DNA of 63,644 nt, the filler included, from Octopus bimaculoides (Eukaryota): the NCBI RefSeq assembly GCF_001194135.2. It is 8 parts of 8 records of this genome, joined end to end, with 100 filler letters (N's around TTAATTAATTAA, not from the genome) between each part and the next. Parts side by side here need not be neighbours in the genome. Positions count along the whole stretch, not along the records: positions 1 to 14,623 come from NC_068988.1; positions 14,724 to 31,264 come from NC_068989.1; 6 more parts are not named here. One strand, written 5' to 3'. The notes below the pieces were generated by a model that saw nothing but the letters and a program-made list of their open reading frames with translations, had not been told where the DNA came from and did not search any database. The translations under genes and the position numbers were made by a program. Positions 13,861 through 24,989 of the stretch are shown here, in pieces. Numbering within the stretch: position 1 is the first letter of the stretch; each line of letters starts with the position of its first letter.

Positions 13861-14623
13861 CTCTGAGGAATAATCTGTGAAGAATTTTTCCACTTCGATA
13901 AAATAGAATGATTCGTCCGTGCAACTTGGAGACTCTCGTTGAGCACACAGTATTAAAACTGGACGCAACGAAAGGAAACTATGGACAATAATAACCCTTT
14001 CAAATTTGTAATGGAGTTTGTAATGGAGTTTGTAATGGAGCTTGTCTCAGACTATTCTTGACCATTCAACGATGCATCAAACAATACAACTCAAGAATAT
14101 ATGTTCATCATCTGAAACAACATATAACTGCTAATCATGTAATAACTTTGTCTTTATGTTGGTCGATTGAAAATATGATATTTATCACTGGACGCTATGC
14201 CAACTGTCATGATTCGGCAGATAATGAGCTTGCTGTAAAGTCAGCATCACTTTGGAGATAATTAACAAATTATGGTCACACTCGTAACAGACTCGTCATT
14301 ATTCAATCTATCCAGCCATTCATTATTCCCTCCATTCAACCGTAAATATATATATGTGTGTGCGCACGCACATGTGAGTGTATACATATATATAAATATA
14401 TACGTCTACACACGTACGCAAGCCATGTCATTTCGCCTGAGGATAACGATACTTCTAACCAGTTATTAGAGGTCAGTGTACTAATGGCTTAGAGTAAACC
14501 ATTGGGTGAATCCAGAGCATAATGTGAATTAATGAATGACGAGGAAAATGATTACGTAATGCTCTATAGCTTAGAGTGGTTTGTTATACATACATACATA
14601 TACATATATATATATATATATAT

Positions 14624-14723
14624 NNNNNNNNNNNNNNNNNNNNNNNNNNNNNNNNNNNNNNNNNNNNTTAATTAATTAANNNNNNNNNNNNNNNNNNNNN
14701 NNNNNNNNNNNNNNNNNNNNNNN
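14624..14723. other. artificial 100-bp contig-join spacer
   Basis: 44 N + TTAATTAATTAA (14668-14679) + 44 N. Confidence 0.95.
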
Positions 14724-15287
14724 CAGTGGAATTGAACTCAGAACTATGTGGTTGGGAAGCAGACTTCTTACCATACAGCCACACCATACTATGTAGAAAT
14801 TTCCATTATAATCTCATCATAGCAGAAGCCTTTTTTGAAATGTTTCCAATTACTAGAGGTTTTTGTACTGTAAATCACACCATTCTTTGTGCTGATCAAT
14901 AAGCAATGTAAAGTTATCTTGGTTCTACTGTTTAAAGCAATTGTAATTTACAGATTTGACAGGACAGCACCATGTTTACAGTATATATCCATTTCAAACT
15001 TGTAACCAGTGCAATACTGAATTTATCATCATTCTATCCGCAGATGTGGCAAATGTGGTTAAGTAGTTTGCTTTCCATCTGCATGGTTTTGGGCTCTGTG
15101 TCACCACATAGCACCTTAGGTAAGTGTCTTTTACAGCCCCAGACCTACTAAAGCCTTATGAGATGATTTGAGGGATAGAAGCTGAAAGAAACTTGTATGT
15201 ATATGCATGCATGTGTGTGTCTATACAGATAAATATGTATATATGTAGTAGTGGGACATTTCTAACAAATGTCCCATTTCTAACAAA

Positions 15288-15327
15288 ACTGTCCGATGAA
15301 CGGAAACGTGAAACTCCGAGTAACAGT
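15288..15327 (+). ncRNA. minimal type I hammerhead ribozyme-like motif (U4C variant)
   Basis: ACTGT-CCGATGA-ACG gaaa CGT-GAA-AC tccga GT-A-ACAGT. It has a perfect 5-bp stem I, a GNRA-capped stem II and a GUA triplet. There is a single core change (CUGAUGA to CCGAUGA). Confidence 0.7.
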
Positions 15328-15419
15328 CTTTTGTTATATTTCTGCTGCTTTTAAATAAAGTATATATATATATATAAATTATAAATCCAAAAAATAACAA
15401 CAAAACTACAAAGGATTCC

Positions 15420-15498
15420 GCGGTACACGTGTTTCAAGCTTTATATGTGTATAATATAATATGTGTATAATTTACAATGTAAAGCTATCCTCAGCCGC
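15420..15498 (-). ncRNA. type I hammerhead ribozyme with intact core
   Basis: Minus strand reads GCGG-CTGAGGA-T-AGCTTTA..(long AT-rich loop)..TAAAGCT-T-GAA-ACACGTGT-A-CCGC. Stem III is an 8-bp palindrome and the triplet is GUA. Confidence 0.75.
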
Positions 15499-15682
15499 AA
15501 AATTATTTCTCTCCCAGGAAATTATACCACCTCGGCGTTGAAGTAGGAAGAAAGGTGTGATGTAAGAGGTGAAGATCCTTTCGGTATTCTGTATAGTACT
15601 ATACCTCGTATAATTCTCCACCCAGACATAATCTCTCTGGTCCTCCGAAAACCTTCCATACCTTGCCACGATTCAGAGTGTA

Positions 15683-15719
<37 letters not shown>

Positions 15720-16044
15720 AGTAGTGAGGTATTTCCCCCTCTGTATTTTGAAGAGGTTACGGGCCAACAGAATTTTAAGATCTGACAATATGCCATAAAG
15801 CTAAACACTTTACGGACGGGAAACCTAAGGTAATCTCATAAACCGGCTTTCCCCTTTTTTAATATATATATATACTGTGGTTTTGGGTTCAATTTTATTT
15901 GACAGCACCTTCAGCAAGTGCTTACTGCCATACTCTCGGGTCAACAAAATCCTTGTGAGTAAAATTTAGTTGATGGAAACTGAAGAATCCCTATCTCAGG
16001 GAACTCTGTTCTGTTGTCATAAATTTAAGAAATACATAGACAAA

Positions 16045-16445
16045 AGGCATGGCTGTCTGGTAAGATGTTTACTTCTAACCACATTTTGGTGGGTTCAGTC
16101 CCACTCTGTGGCACCTTGGACAACTGTTTTCTACCGTATCCTTGTGAGTGAATTTGGTAGACAGAAACCAAAAGAAGCCTGTGATATATCTATCTGTGTG
16201 TGCGCATGTGTGTGTGTTTTTGTATCATTGCATGGTAATTGTAAATGATGTTGTCGTATAAGCTGTGTCCTTTGTTTTCAGTATTCTGTGAAAACATACC
16301 TGGTGGTGGGGGAAGTATCACATTACTTGGAAATAGGTGAGGGTTGGTGACTGGGAGGGCATCATACTGAAGAAAATCCGTCTCAATAAACTCCATCCAA
16401 TCCTTGCATGCATAGAAAAGATGCAAAAATGACAACGACGACGAC
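16045..16445 (+). mobile_element. SINE family C head plus RTE-type tail, degraded
   Basis: ggcatggctgtctggtaagatg..ggttcagtcccactctgtggcaccttgg head. The tail ends in catgcatagaaaag..gacaacgacgacg. Confidence 0.6.
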
Positions 16446-16912
16446 AGTAATGATACGCCAACCATTAATTTCCAATATTCCTTTTCCATTTTTCCATAGT
16501 TCCATATTTCTAAAGACCTATCACAACAGATGCTTTTGGTCTTAATCACTGTGCTTCAGCTATCATTGTCATGTCAGTTCTTTGTCAATACCATTATTAT
16601 AATTAATATTTATCTACTCATCAACTGTGTATAGTTAGGACAGAAACTTTCAATCATAGTCAATAATCTTTGTTTAAATTTTCTAGTCTGAATTAAAGAT
16701 AAGCTTGTTTCTTTTTGTCATTGTTGATTTCTACGAACATTTTGATGTAATTTCTTTCCTTACCACTTCTCTTCCCAGACATCTCCTATAAGCAACATTT
16801 TTTTGCAGACAATGCTGACATTTGCTGCCAGCATTATTTACAACCTTACTTTGTTTGTTTATACACACATCTACATACATACATACATGCACATAAACAC
16901 CACATAGGTGCA

Positions 16913-17070
16913 GGCGTGGCTGTGTGGTAAGAAGCTTACTTCCTGACTACATAGTTCTGGGTTCAGTCCTTTGTGTGGCACCATGGGCAAGTGTCTTCTG
17001 CTATAGCCTCAGGCCGACCAAAGCCTTGTGAGTGGGTTTGGTTGATGGAAACTGAAAGAAGCCCATTGTA
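16913..17070 (+). mobile_element. tRNA-derived SINE family C (resembles octopus OR-type SINEs as recalled)
   Basis: ggcgtggctgtgtggtaagaagc..ggttcagtcc..gggcaagtgtcttctgctatagcc..gaaactgaaagaagccc. Further fragments lie near 14724, 15045, 15880, 23895, 26690, 28490 and 55310. Confidence 0.8.
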
Positions 17071-17419
17071 TATATGTGTGTGTGTGTGTGTCTTTGTGTC
17101 TGTGTTAGCGACTCCTTGACTTAAAGCATAAAAATATCATCAACATCATTATTTATTGCATATGCTCCATGCTTTCATGGATGGGTCGGCTGGTTTGACA
17201 GGATCCAGTGGACCCAAGAACTGCATCGCACTCTGGTGTCTGCTTTGGCATGGTTTCTACAGCTGGGTGCCCTTCCTAAAGTCAACCACTTAACAGAGTG
17301 TCTGGGGTGTTTTTCGTGCCATCAGCACTAGTGAGGTCGTGTTGCAACTTGCAAGCCTGCATGCAAATCCCAAGGGAAGAAACTTTACATGAGGAAACGA
17401 TGAATTGAGGGGGGTTACT

Positions 17420-17610
17420 CTTTTACTTGTTTCAGTCATTTGACTGTGGCCATGCTGGAGCACTGCCTTTAGTCGAGCAAATCGACCCCAGGACTTATTC
17501 TTTGGAAGCCTAGTACTTATTCTATCGGTCTCTTTTGCTGAACCGCTAAGTTACGGGGACGCAAACACACCAGCATCGGTTGTCAAGCAATGTTGTGGGG
17601 GAAAACATAC

Positions 17611-17669
<59 letters not shown>

Positions 17670-17822
17670 TACAACAGGCTTCTTTCAGTTTCCATCTACC
17701 AAATCCACTCACAAGGCTTTGGTTGGCCTGAGGCTATAGTAGAAGACACTTGCCCATGGTGCCACGCATTGGGACTGAACCCGGAACCATGTGGTTGGTA
17801 AGCAAGCTACTTACCACAGAGC
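17420..17822 (-). mobile_element. SINE family C, full-length with internal (CA)/(TA) tract
   Basis: Head at the 17822 end and tail gtcaaatgactgaaacaagtaaaag at the 17420 end. Homologous to 48472, 60797 and 61572. Confidence 0.85.
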
Positions 17823-18644
17823 AACTCTGGGTAAAGTATGAGAAAAAAGGGCCAGAACAATATATATGTATATATAAAATTGTTCAATATTTTCTTATTA
17901 GAATTCTTCTGCTACTTGTACCAGTCTGATTTAATTGTTTAATGTGAGCAAACTGTGAACTTGTTGAATGGTGTTGTCTGTAATAGTCTCTTGGTTTTTG
18001 AATCTGTTGTCAAATGATGACAGGGAAAAAAAAAAATAATTGAATTATATGCTGCTTTATTTATAACTAATTCTACCTCACTTGTCATTAGAATTCTCTG
18101 TTCTTCATTACTGTTTGTCATTTATTTTATTACTTGCTGTTTCTGTTTCTCCTTTACTTCTTATTTACAATTCAACTGGCTGTTTTACATTATTCATTTT
18201 CAAATATTGCTTTGCATATTTCTTTTTTTTAATTTTTTTTTTATCTTTCTTTCTTTTTTTTTTTTTTTAATTTGCTGTTATGAAAATTGCTAATTTATCA
18301 TGAAGGATTGTGTTCCAGTGTTGAAAAGGTTGAAGTTATTTATTTTTGTATCAGAAAATATATCAAAAGTCTCTCATCTAGTCAAAGTCATTTCTGATAT
18401 TGTGCAACTTTATGATGAGTAAATTTTGTAACAAACGTCGGGGTATCTACAGGGCTGGTGCATATGTTTAGTGCGTATGTCTAGTGCATATGTCTGGTGC
18501 ATTATGAAGGGGAAAGGAAGGGCCAATGCGTACATATAGTGCATTACGATGAGCAAAGGACTCATACATATGGTGTGCTATGATGAGTAAATAATGTAAT
18601 GAACCTCAAGTATCTACAAGGCTGGTGTATACAGCTTGATGCAT

Positions 18645-19020
18645 CATCATCATCATCATCGTCATCATCATCATCACCATCATCATCATCATTTAATGTC
18701 TGCTTCCCATGCTGGCATGAGTTGGATGGTTTGACAAGCCAGAAGGCTGTGCTGAGTTCCATCTGCTTTGGCATGGTTTATATGGCTGGATGCTTTTCCT
18801 AACACCAGCCACTTTACAGAACGTACTGGGTGCTTTTACTGTGGCACCAGCACCAGTGAGGTCACAAAGTAACTTGCAAGGTAAGACCCCCCTCAACTGA
18901 AGTGGAAATAGTATTGAGGGAGGTGGCTTTGTGCCTAGTGATGAGAGATTAGAGTATGAAAGAGGGACCGAGACAGGGGTCTTGCTGTAGGGGAGATAGA
19001 TGACTATTCTAATCAGAGAG
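18645..19020 (-). mobile_element. RTE 3'-tail repeat ending in (GAT)n
   Basis: catcatcatttaatgtctgcttcccatgctggcatgagttggatgg motif. Family copies lie near 17150, 19581, 21545, 21820, 23395, 25720, 26440, 29535, 31365(+) and 33520. Confidence 0.7.
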
Positions 19021-19359
19021 AATGAGAGAGAGAGAGGAGAGAGTGTATATTGTAATGAACTTCAGATATCTATAGAACTGGTACATATATCTGGTTCCTG
19101 TAAAGTCAAGTAGATGAAGGATAAAACCTATCTTTAGTCTACAGTGAACACAGACATGTTCAATTGGTTAAGAATATTGCTTCACAATCCTGAACTTGTT
19201 TGACTCCATTGAATGGATTCTTGGGATACTAGTTTTACGTTCACCCAAGCTCTTCCAAACATATTGCTCTATGTACTCTCTGGTACTCAGCATAAAGGTG
19301 AGTTCATTATTTATATTATTTACATTTGACGGATATTTGTCCTTGTCTTGTTTGTTGTT

Positions 19360-19405
19360 AACATAACGTTTCGGCTGATATATCCTCCAGCCTTCATCAG
19401 GTGTC
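19360..19405 (-). ncRNA. minimal hammerhead motif in left foldback arm
   Basis: GACAC-CTGATGA-A-GGCTG..CAGCC-GAA-ACGT-T-ATGTT. The core is intact; the first stem I pair is mismatched. Confidence 0.6.
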
Positions 19406-19463
19406 TTGGGGAAATTTCGAACCTGGGTTCTCATTCCTAAGGTATTTTTCGATGTTTCCCCAA

Positions 19464-19509
19464 GACACCTGATGAAGGCTGGAGGGTATATCAGCCGAAA
19501 TGTTGTGTT
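19464..19509 (+). ncRNA. minimal hammerhead motif in right foldback arm
   Basis: GACAC-CTGATGA-A-GGCTG gagggtatat CAGCC-GAA-ATGT-T-GTGTT. It has a 5-bp stem I, a 5-bp stem II and an ACGU to AUGU change in stem III. Confidence 0.6.
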
Positions 19510-19733
19510 AACAACAAACAAGATGAAGACAAATATCCATCAAATGTAAATAATGTAAATCACCATCATCATCATCGCTTAACGTCCGCTTTCCATGCTA
19601 GCATGGGTTGGACGATTTGACTTCCTAACGCCAACCACTCCGAGAGTGTAGTGGGTGCTTTTACATGTCACTGGCACGAGGGCCAGTCAGGCGGTACTGG
19701 CAACGGCCACGCTCAAAATGGTGTACCTTTCGT

Positions 19734-20510
19734 CTTGATACCAAAGATGGTCGCTTTTCTTCTAGCACTGACTTAAGCCCCTCAAGTTGATTGCAGTAGA
19801 TCTTCCTTGTTATCATTTGGTTTGAGTTTAAAAGTTCAAAGTGTACTAAACCTTTTATATCCCACCAAACAGATAACAACACCTTATGTGGGTGAAGACC
19901 TTCTTTAGCCTGGGGTGTCAGTGTTTCTCCTGTCCCCACCTACTGTCTTTAGTGCTTGACATTTTTATAGAGAACCCGTTTCTTGTCACCAGTCACCATT
20001 CGGTCTCACAAAAGTTCATTGGTGAAACGTGACAGCAAAGAAGAGCATAAATTCAGTCTCTGCATGCGATTAGACTTGGAAAGTTTTTGAGAAACCCATT
20101 GACCCAATTTGCTGACTTTTCTGATAGCATGCAGGTGTTGACAAATGGTTGAATGACGAAATCCAAGTTTCTCTGCTAGTTCCTCAACAGTTACGATGGG
20201 ATTTTGTTCCATCAGGGTTTGCAGGACATCCTCGTCGAGCTCTACAGATCTTCCAGGATTAGGCTCGTCTTCTAGGCTGTAGTTTCTAGCTCAGAATTTC
20301 TGGAACCAGTGTTGACACTGGCTTATGCTTGTTGTCTGATCCCCATATACTGCATTAATATTCCTCGCACTTTCTGTTGCATTGTTGCTTTATTGAATTC
20401 ATAAAGAAAATTATGCCAAATATGCTCCTTTGTCACTTTCATTATAGCTTTGAAAAAATAACTGTTAAAATCAAACTGCATTCTTCAAAACTTGCACTAA
20501 ACCTAAGAAC
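19734..20510 (-). mobile_element. mariner transposase pseudogene (3'-truncated)
   Basis: ATG at 20442: MKVTKEHIWHNFLYEFNK..NATESARNINAVYG..WFQKF..SLEDEP..GRSVELDEDVLQTL..; VSKLGQWV (WVPHEL-like); VTGDK (first catalytic D); LHPHKVLLSVWWD; CNQLEGL..EKRPSL. Stops and frameshifts are present. The 3' part is replaced by an RTE-tail repeat. Confidence 0.9.
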
Positions 20511-22129
20511 AAGGTAAAATTACTACCTGCTTTTATAGCAAGTTGATGCAGGTAGTTTATCCTGTCCTCCTTCACTTAGTGTGCTCGACAACTGATTGGA
20601 AGTTAGCTGGAACTATGACCAATGCCTTTGAAGTAAACGGTCTTAGGCATAATGCTACTGGAATCAGTACTTTTCATTTTCCCATCCTCCTAATCCACAA
20701 AGACTTACAAAAGCTCTTAATTGAATGTGTAAATAAACACAAATATTATTCTCTAACTTGTTTCACTAATTAATTTTCTTCATATGTAAATGGAAATTAA
20801 TCTCCATAGAAATATTATTATTCTTTGTATTTATTGACTTTGTAAGCAGTTAAAAACACCAGATTTTAAAAATATAAATTTATATATATTTTCAGAAATT
20901 CATCTTAATATGTTAATTATTAAGTAGATATTTGGCACTACTGAAGTTCTATTTTAAACCCATTACTTTTTACAATTTGGACTTTGATGTCTTTCTAATT
21001 GAATTTTGGACTGGTGTCCATGAACACTCTTGAACTGATTCTATTTGTAGAATCTATCGAAGAACACAACAAGAAATTTAAAATATGTAATCTGTCTCTG
21101 AAATGGAGAAGGCCAAAGGTAAAAGGAAAACATGTTAATTAGTTTGTTACAACATTGAAAATTCCTTATAAAGAGAAATTTGGCCTTGTTCAAGTTTGGA
21201 GAAAATGTGTTGAAAGAAATTCAATACTGTTGTAGCAATGTAATGAAAGGATAAAGATATTTTTACTGTGTTTTTGGCAAGCTGACAGACTCCCACATCT
21301 AATGTATAAACTCTTTTACTGTGTTAGGAAAACCATTGTATGGAAACCAAACAGTTGCAATCTCTAGTTAGCCAAAAGGTTAAATTTTGTCAACTGAGCT
21401 TGGAGATTAGTCTTAGAAAAAACTCAGTTATAAAACTCAATTGATTATAAGATCAGGATATGTTAGTATTTAAGACTTAGTTTGCATGAAGAAGATGTTG
21501 TTTTATGTTAAAGGTTTTCAGTGGTTTAGTTCTGTTCCTTTATGATAATCTTCATCAATTAATATCCACTTTTCCATGCTTTCACGGGTCAGATGAAGTT
21601 TGTTCAGACAGATTATTCTAAGGCCAGATCCTCTTCTTATCACCAATCCTCATTGGTTTTCTCACTGGTTTCCAAGCAAGGTAACATTTTCTTCTGGCCG
21701 GACATGTTTTTTTTTATTGAAGACTGGAAACAAAAATAACATTGCTTGTATGACTGTGATGCTCGTTTACAACAAGACAAGAGTACACACAAATGCAGAT
21801 ACATCATTTAAGGTCCTTTTTTTTTTCCATGCTGGCATGGGTTGGACAGTTTGTCAAGAACAGACGAGCCAGAGGACTCCACCAGGTTTTATGCCTGCTT
21901 TGGCATGGTTTCTACAGCTGGATACACTTCCTAGTGTCAATCATTTAACAGTGTACTGGGTGCTTTTTACGCACTGCCAGCTCTGGTGAGGTCCCCAAGT
22001 ACCTACAAGATAAAACCCCTCAACTAAGCAGGGTAGAGACTGAGGAGATGATATAACATTGGGACATATAGCAAAATGCTCTACTGTGAATCTGTTCATC
22101 ATATCTGTTTTCTTTTTCCACTTTTATCC

Positions 22130-22740
22130 TGTTTCTGTTTAACAAGTCTCGGTTGCGAAGATGTGAAATGAAAGCACGTTGTAGTCATGGTATTTCGTAG
22201 TTGATGTCTGATGTCATCGAGTTTAGAGTCGAAAAAATAAAAAAAGGAGGAGTTACAAAATATTGGTGCTGGCAGCAAGTGGCAGATTATGTTTCTAGGG
22301 ATGGGTAAGTGTCAGGAAAGAGAAATGAGGAATTTAAGTTGCGATGTATTTGGTGAGTGATCAGGAGTGGTTATTTGAATGTGGTAATGTGGTAAGTTGT
22401 TGTCGTTTGCTGTATTTCTCTTGTAACAACTCTGTTGTCTTCTAATTGTTATTAGAGTTTTTTTATGTGTTTGGTTTGACTGTCTGGTTTGCCAAACATG
22501 GCATAGTAAGTTATTTTAATGTTGCAGTGACTGTGCAGAGCTTGAATTAATTTGGTGACAGTTTGCTTCAGACAAGAATATTTCGTTTGGAATGAAAGAA
22601 ACCTTTCATTAGAGAAGAGCGAGGATGGGGTGTAGCTGGATTCTTCTGAGAGTCGGTTGAACTAGAAGGACGAAACTATGTGGGGGTTTTACTATTGTGC
22701 CATTAGTGATTCTTGTTTCTGTAAATAGGTGTGCTGGTGA
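22130..22740 (-). mobile_element. highly degraded Penelope-like remnant (tentative)
   Basis: IYRNK..HPRSSLMKGFFHS..ILV resembles the PLE RT thumb (IYRK..HP.S..K.IP.S). There are many stops. Confidence 0.3.
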
Positions 22741-22857
22741 GATAGTGATCTAACTATCTTTTGTTGGGTGATAAAGGTCAGTGTGTGTGTGTGTGTGTGT
22801 GCTTGTATGTTATGTATATATTATGTGTGTGTATTTAGATATGTTTATGCATATATA

Positions 22858-22984
22858 CAGGGTGTCCACGAGGCTTGGGTACATGGAGTAAATAAAATCA
22901 TAACAGAAACAATTAAATATAAGAAATAATAATTTCTTAAAGTACGTATTAATCCCCATGTACCCAGAGTTTGTGGACGCCCCG
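22858..22984. mobile_element. 127-bp Tc1/mariner-type MITE
   Basis: TA-CAGGGTGTCCACGAGGCTTGGGTACATGG ... CCATGTACCCAGAGTTTGTGGACGCCCCG-TA. It has about 29-bp imperfect TIRs and a TA target duplication. Confidence 0.8.
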
Positions 22985-23093
22985 TATATGTGTGTGTGTG
23001 TGTGTGTGTATATATATGTGTGTGTGTGTGTGTATAAATTAAGATTCAGTTGAATTAGGTACTTAAGTTGAGGCACCAAGTCACTTATTTGCT

Positions 23094-23124
<31 letters not shown>

Positions 23125-23560
23125 TACACCCACACACACACATACACCCACACACACACATACACCCACACATATCTATATGTAGATGTGTGTGTATGTG
23201 TGCTACTTCTTTTGTATTCATATATTAACAGTTTAGATCTTAATTATATAAAAATATGAAACCATTATTCTACGCTAATTTACTTAATTGTAAGATAGAA
23301 ATTTAAGTGTAATAAAATGTTTTAAAAGAAATTTAAAGTGCCTATGTAACAACTGTAAACCTACTTTCGGGTCACTGTATATTGTGTATGTATCATCATC
23401 ATCATCATCATCATCACTAGTTAACATCCATTTTCCATGCTGGCATGGGTTTGACTGAGGACTGGCAAGCCAGAAGGCTGCACCAGGCTCCAATCTGATC
23501 TGGCAAAGATTCTACAGTTGGATGCTCTTCCTAATGCCAACCACTCCAAGAGTGTAGTAG

Positions 23561-23758
23561 GTGCGTTTTACGTGCCACTGGCACGAGAGCCAGTCAGGTG
23601 GTACTGGCATTGACCACACTTGAATGGTGCTTTTTATGTGCCACCGGTATGGGAGCCAGTCAGGCGGCACTGGCATTGACCACGCTTGAATGGTGCTTTT
23701 TACGTGCCACTGGCATGGGTGCCAATCGGGTGGCACTGTCATTGGCCACGACAATGAC
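23561..23758. repeat. 66-bp tandem repeat x3 inside an RTE-tail element (23395-23880)
   Basis: Units start at 23561, 23627 and 23693 (gtgc..tttta(c/t)gtgccac..). Confidence 0.8.
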
Positions 23759-24087
23759 TTCACTTGACTCAACAGGTCTTCGCAAGCACAGTTTATCGCC
23801 CAATGATTGAAGGATGCTCTTAAATGGGCTGGTTATGCTGCACTGGCATAAGCCATGGTTACAGTCTCACTTGGCCTGCCAGGTCTTCTCAAGCAGGCCC
23901 AAGGCTATAGTAGAAGACACTTGCTTGCCCAAGGTGCCACGAAGTGGGACTGAACCTGGAACCATGTGGTCAGTAGGCAAGCTACTTACCACACAGTCCC
24001 CCCCCAAGTAATTATTTGGACCTTTTATATATGGTTATTAGTATGCTGATTAAAGCACTTTCCCCCGTTTAGGCTACCTGATGTCAT

Positions 24088-24168
24088 CCAGTTATGATAT
24101 AAGTTATGATATCACCAGTTATGATATAAGTTATGATATCACCAGTTATGATATAAGTTATGATATCA
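24088..24168. repeat. 27-bp perfect tandem repeat x3
   Basis: Unit ccagttatgatataagttatgatatca, itself a dimer of an agttatgatat subunit. Confidence 0.95.
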
Positions 24169-24222
24169 CTCTGGATCTATGACAAGAATTATGCACCATT
24201 TGTTGAGTTTATAATGAATGAA

Positions 24223-24275
24223 GGAAATGGTAAATGGAGTTAGCAAGAATTTTGCTAACTCCATTTTCCATTTCC
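24223..24275. other. 53-nt near-perfect palindrome/hairpin
   Basis: ggaaatggtaaatggagttagcaa-gaatt-ttgctaactccattttccatttcc: 24-bp stem with one T/T mismatch. Confidence 0.9.
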
Positions 24276-24492
24276 CGCATTTATTACACACACACACACA
24301 CACACACACACTAACATAGAGGTTGTTTAACATCTGAAAAGTTAAAAGATTATCGAAAGTGGACTTTTGATGCCATCAAACTCTACCTCAGTCTTTTACT
24401 GTGTATATTTTAAGGCTCCTGTAATTTCAAGAGAACATACAGAGATAGATTGTGTGACATTCATACTTTTGCTGGTGCTTTAGTTGTGTTGT

Positions 24493-24876
24493 TGTTGGCA
24501 CTCCGTCGCTTACGATGTCGAGGGTTCCAGTTGATCCGATCAACGGAACAGCCTGCTCGTGAAATTAACAGGCAAGTGGCTGAGCACTCCACAGACACGT
24601 GTACCCTTAACGTAGTTCTCGGGGATATTCAGCGTGACACAGAGTGTGACAAGGCTGACGCTTTGAATTACAGGCACAACAGAAACAGGAAGTAAGAGTG
24701 AGAGAAAGTTGTGGTGAAAGAGTACAGCAGGGTTCGCCACCAAAACCCTGCCGGAGCCTCGTGGAGCTTTAGGTGTTTTCGCTCAATAAACACTCACAAC
24801 GCCCGGTCTGGGAATCGAAACCGCGATCCTATGACCGCGAGTCCGCTGCCCTAACCACTGGGCCATTGTGCCTCCA
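24493..24876 (-). mobile_element. tRNA-derived SINE, family A (young copy)
   Basis: Full-length and CpG-rich. A 3'-end fragment of the same family lies at about 26180-26228. Confidence 0.9.
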
Positions 24877-24989
24877 CGCTTTAGTTGTATAACTGTAATA
24901 AAATGACTCTTATTGGAGTCATTTCACCCCAGTTATTATCTGTAGTCAGTCATCTGTTAATATCTTTGACATGACTTCATAAGTTTTCT

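Larger units (their letters stand above)
19309..19560. repeat. foldback element: 106-bp inverted arms, 40-nt spacer (Penelope pseudo-LTR-like)
   Basis: Arms 19309-19414 and 19455-19560 match at 98 of 106 positions by manual alignment. All 8 mismatches are transitions. Confidence 0.9.

Noticed and set aside
21051-21118. AG/GT-bounded open segments here (ESIEEHNKKFKICNLSLKWRRPK) and at about 18355-18418
   Set aside because: They do not match WDR35 and their phases are incompatible with each other, so they are probably chance signals in intron.
23453-23490. CTGAGGA-CTGGC-aa-GCCAG hammerhead-like string
   Set aside because: It lacks GAAA, stem III and NUH, and is part of an RTE-tail repeat.
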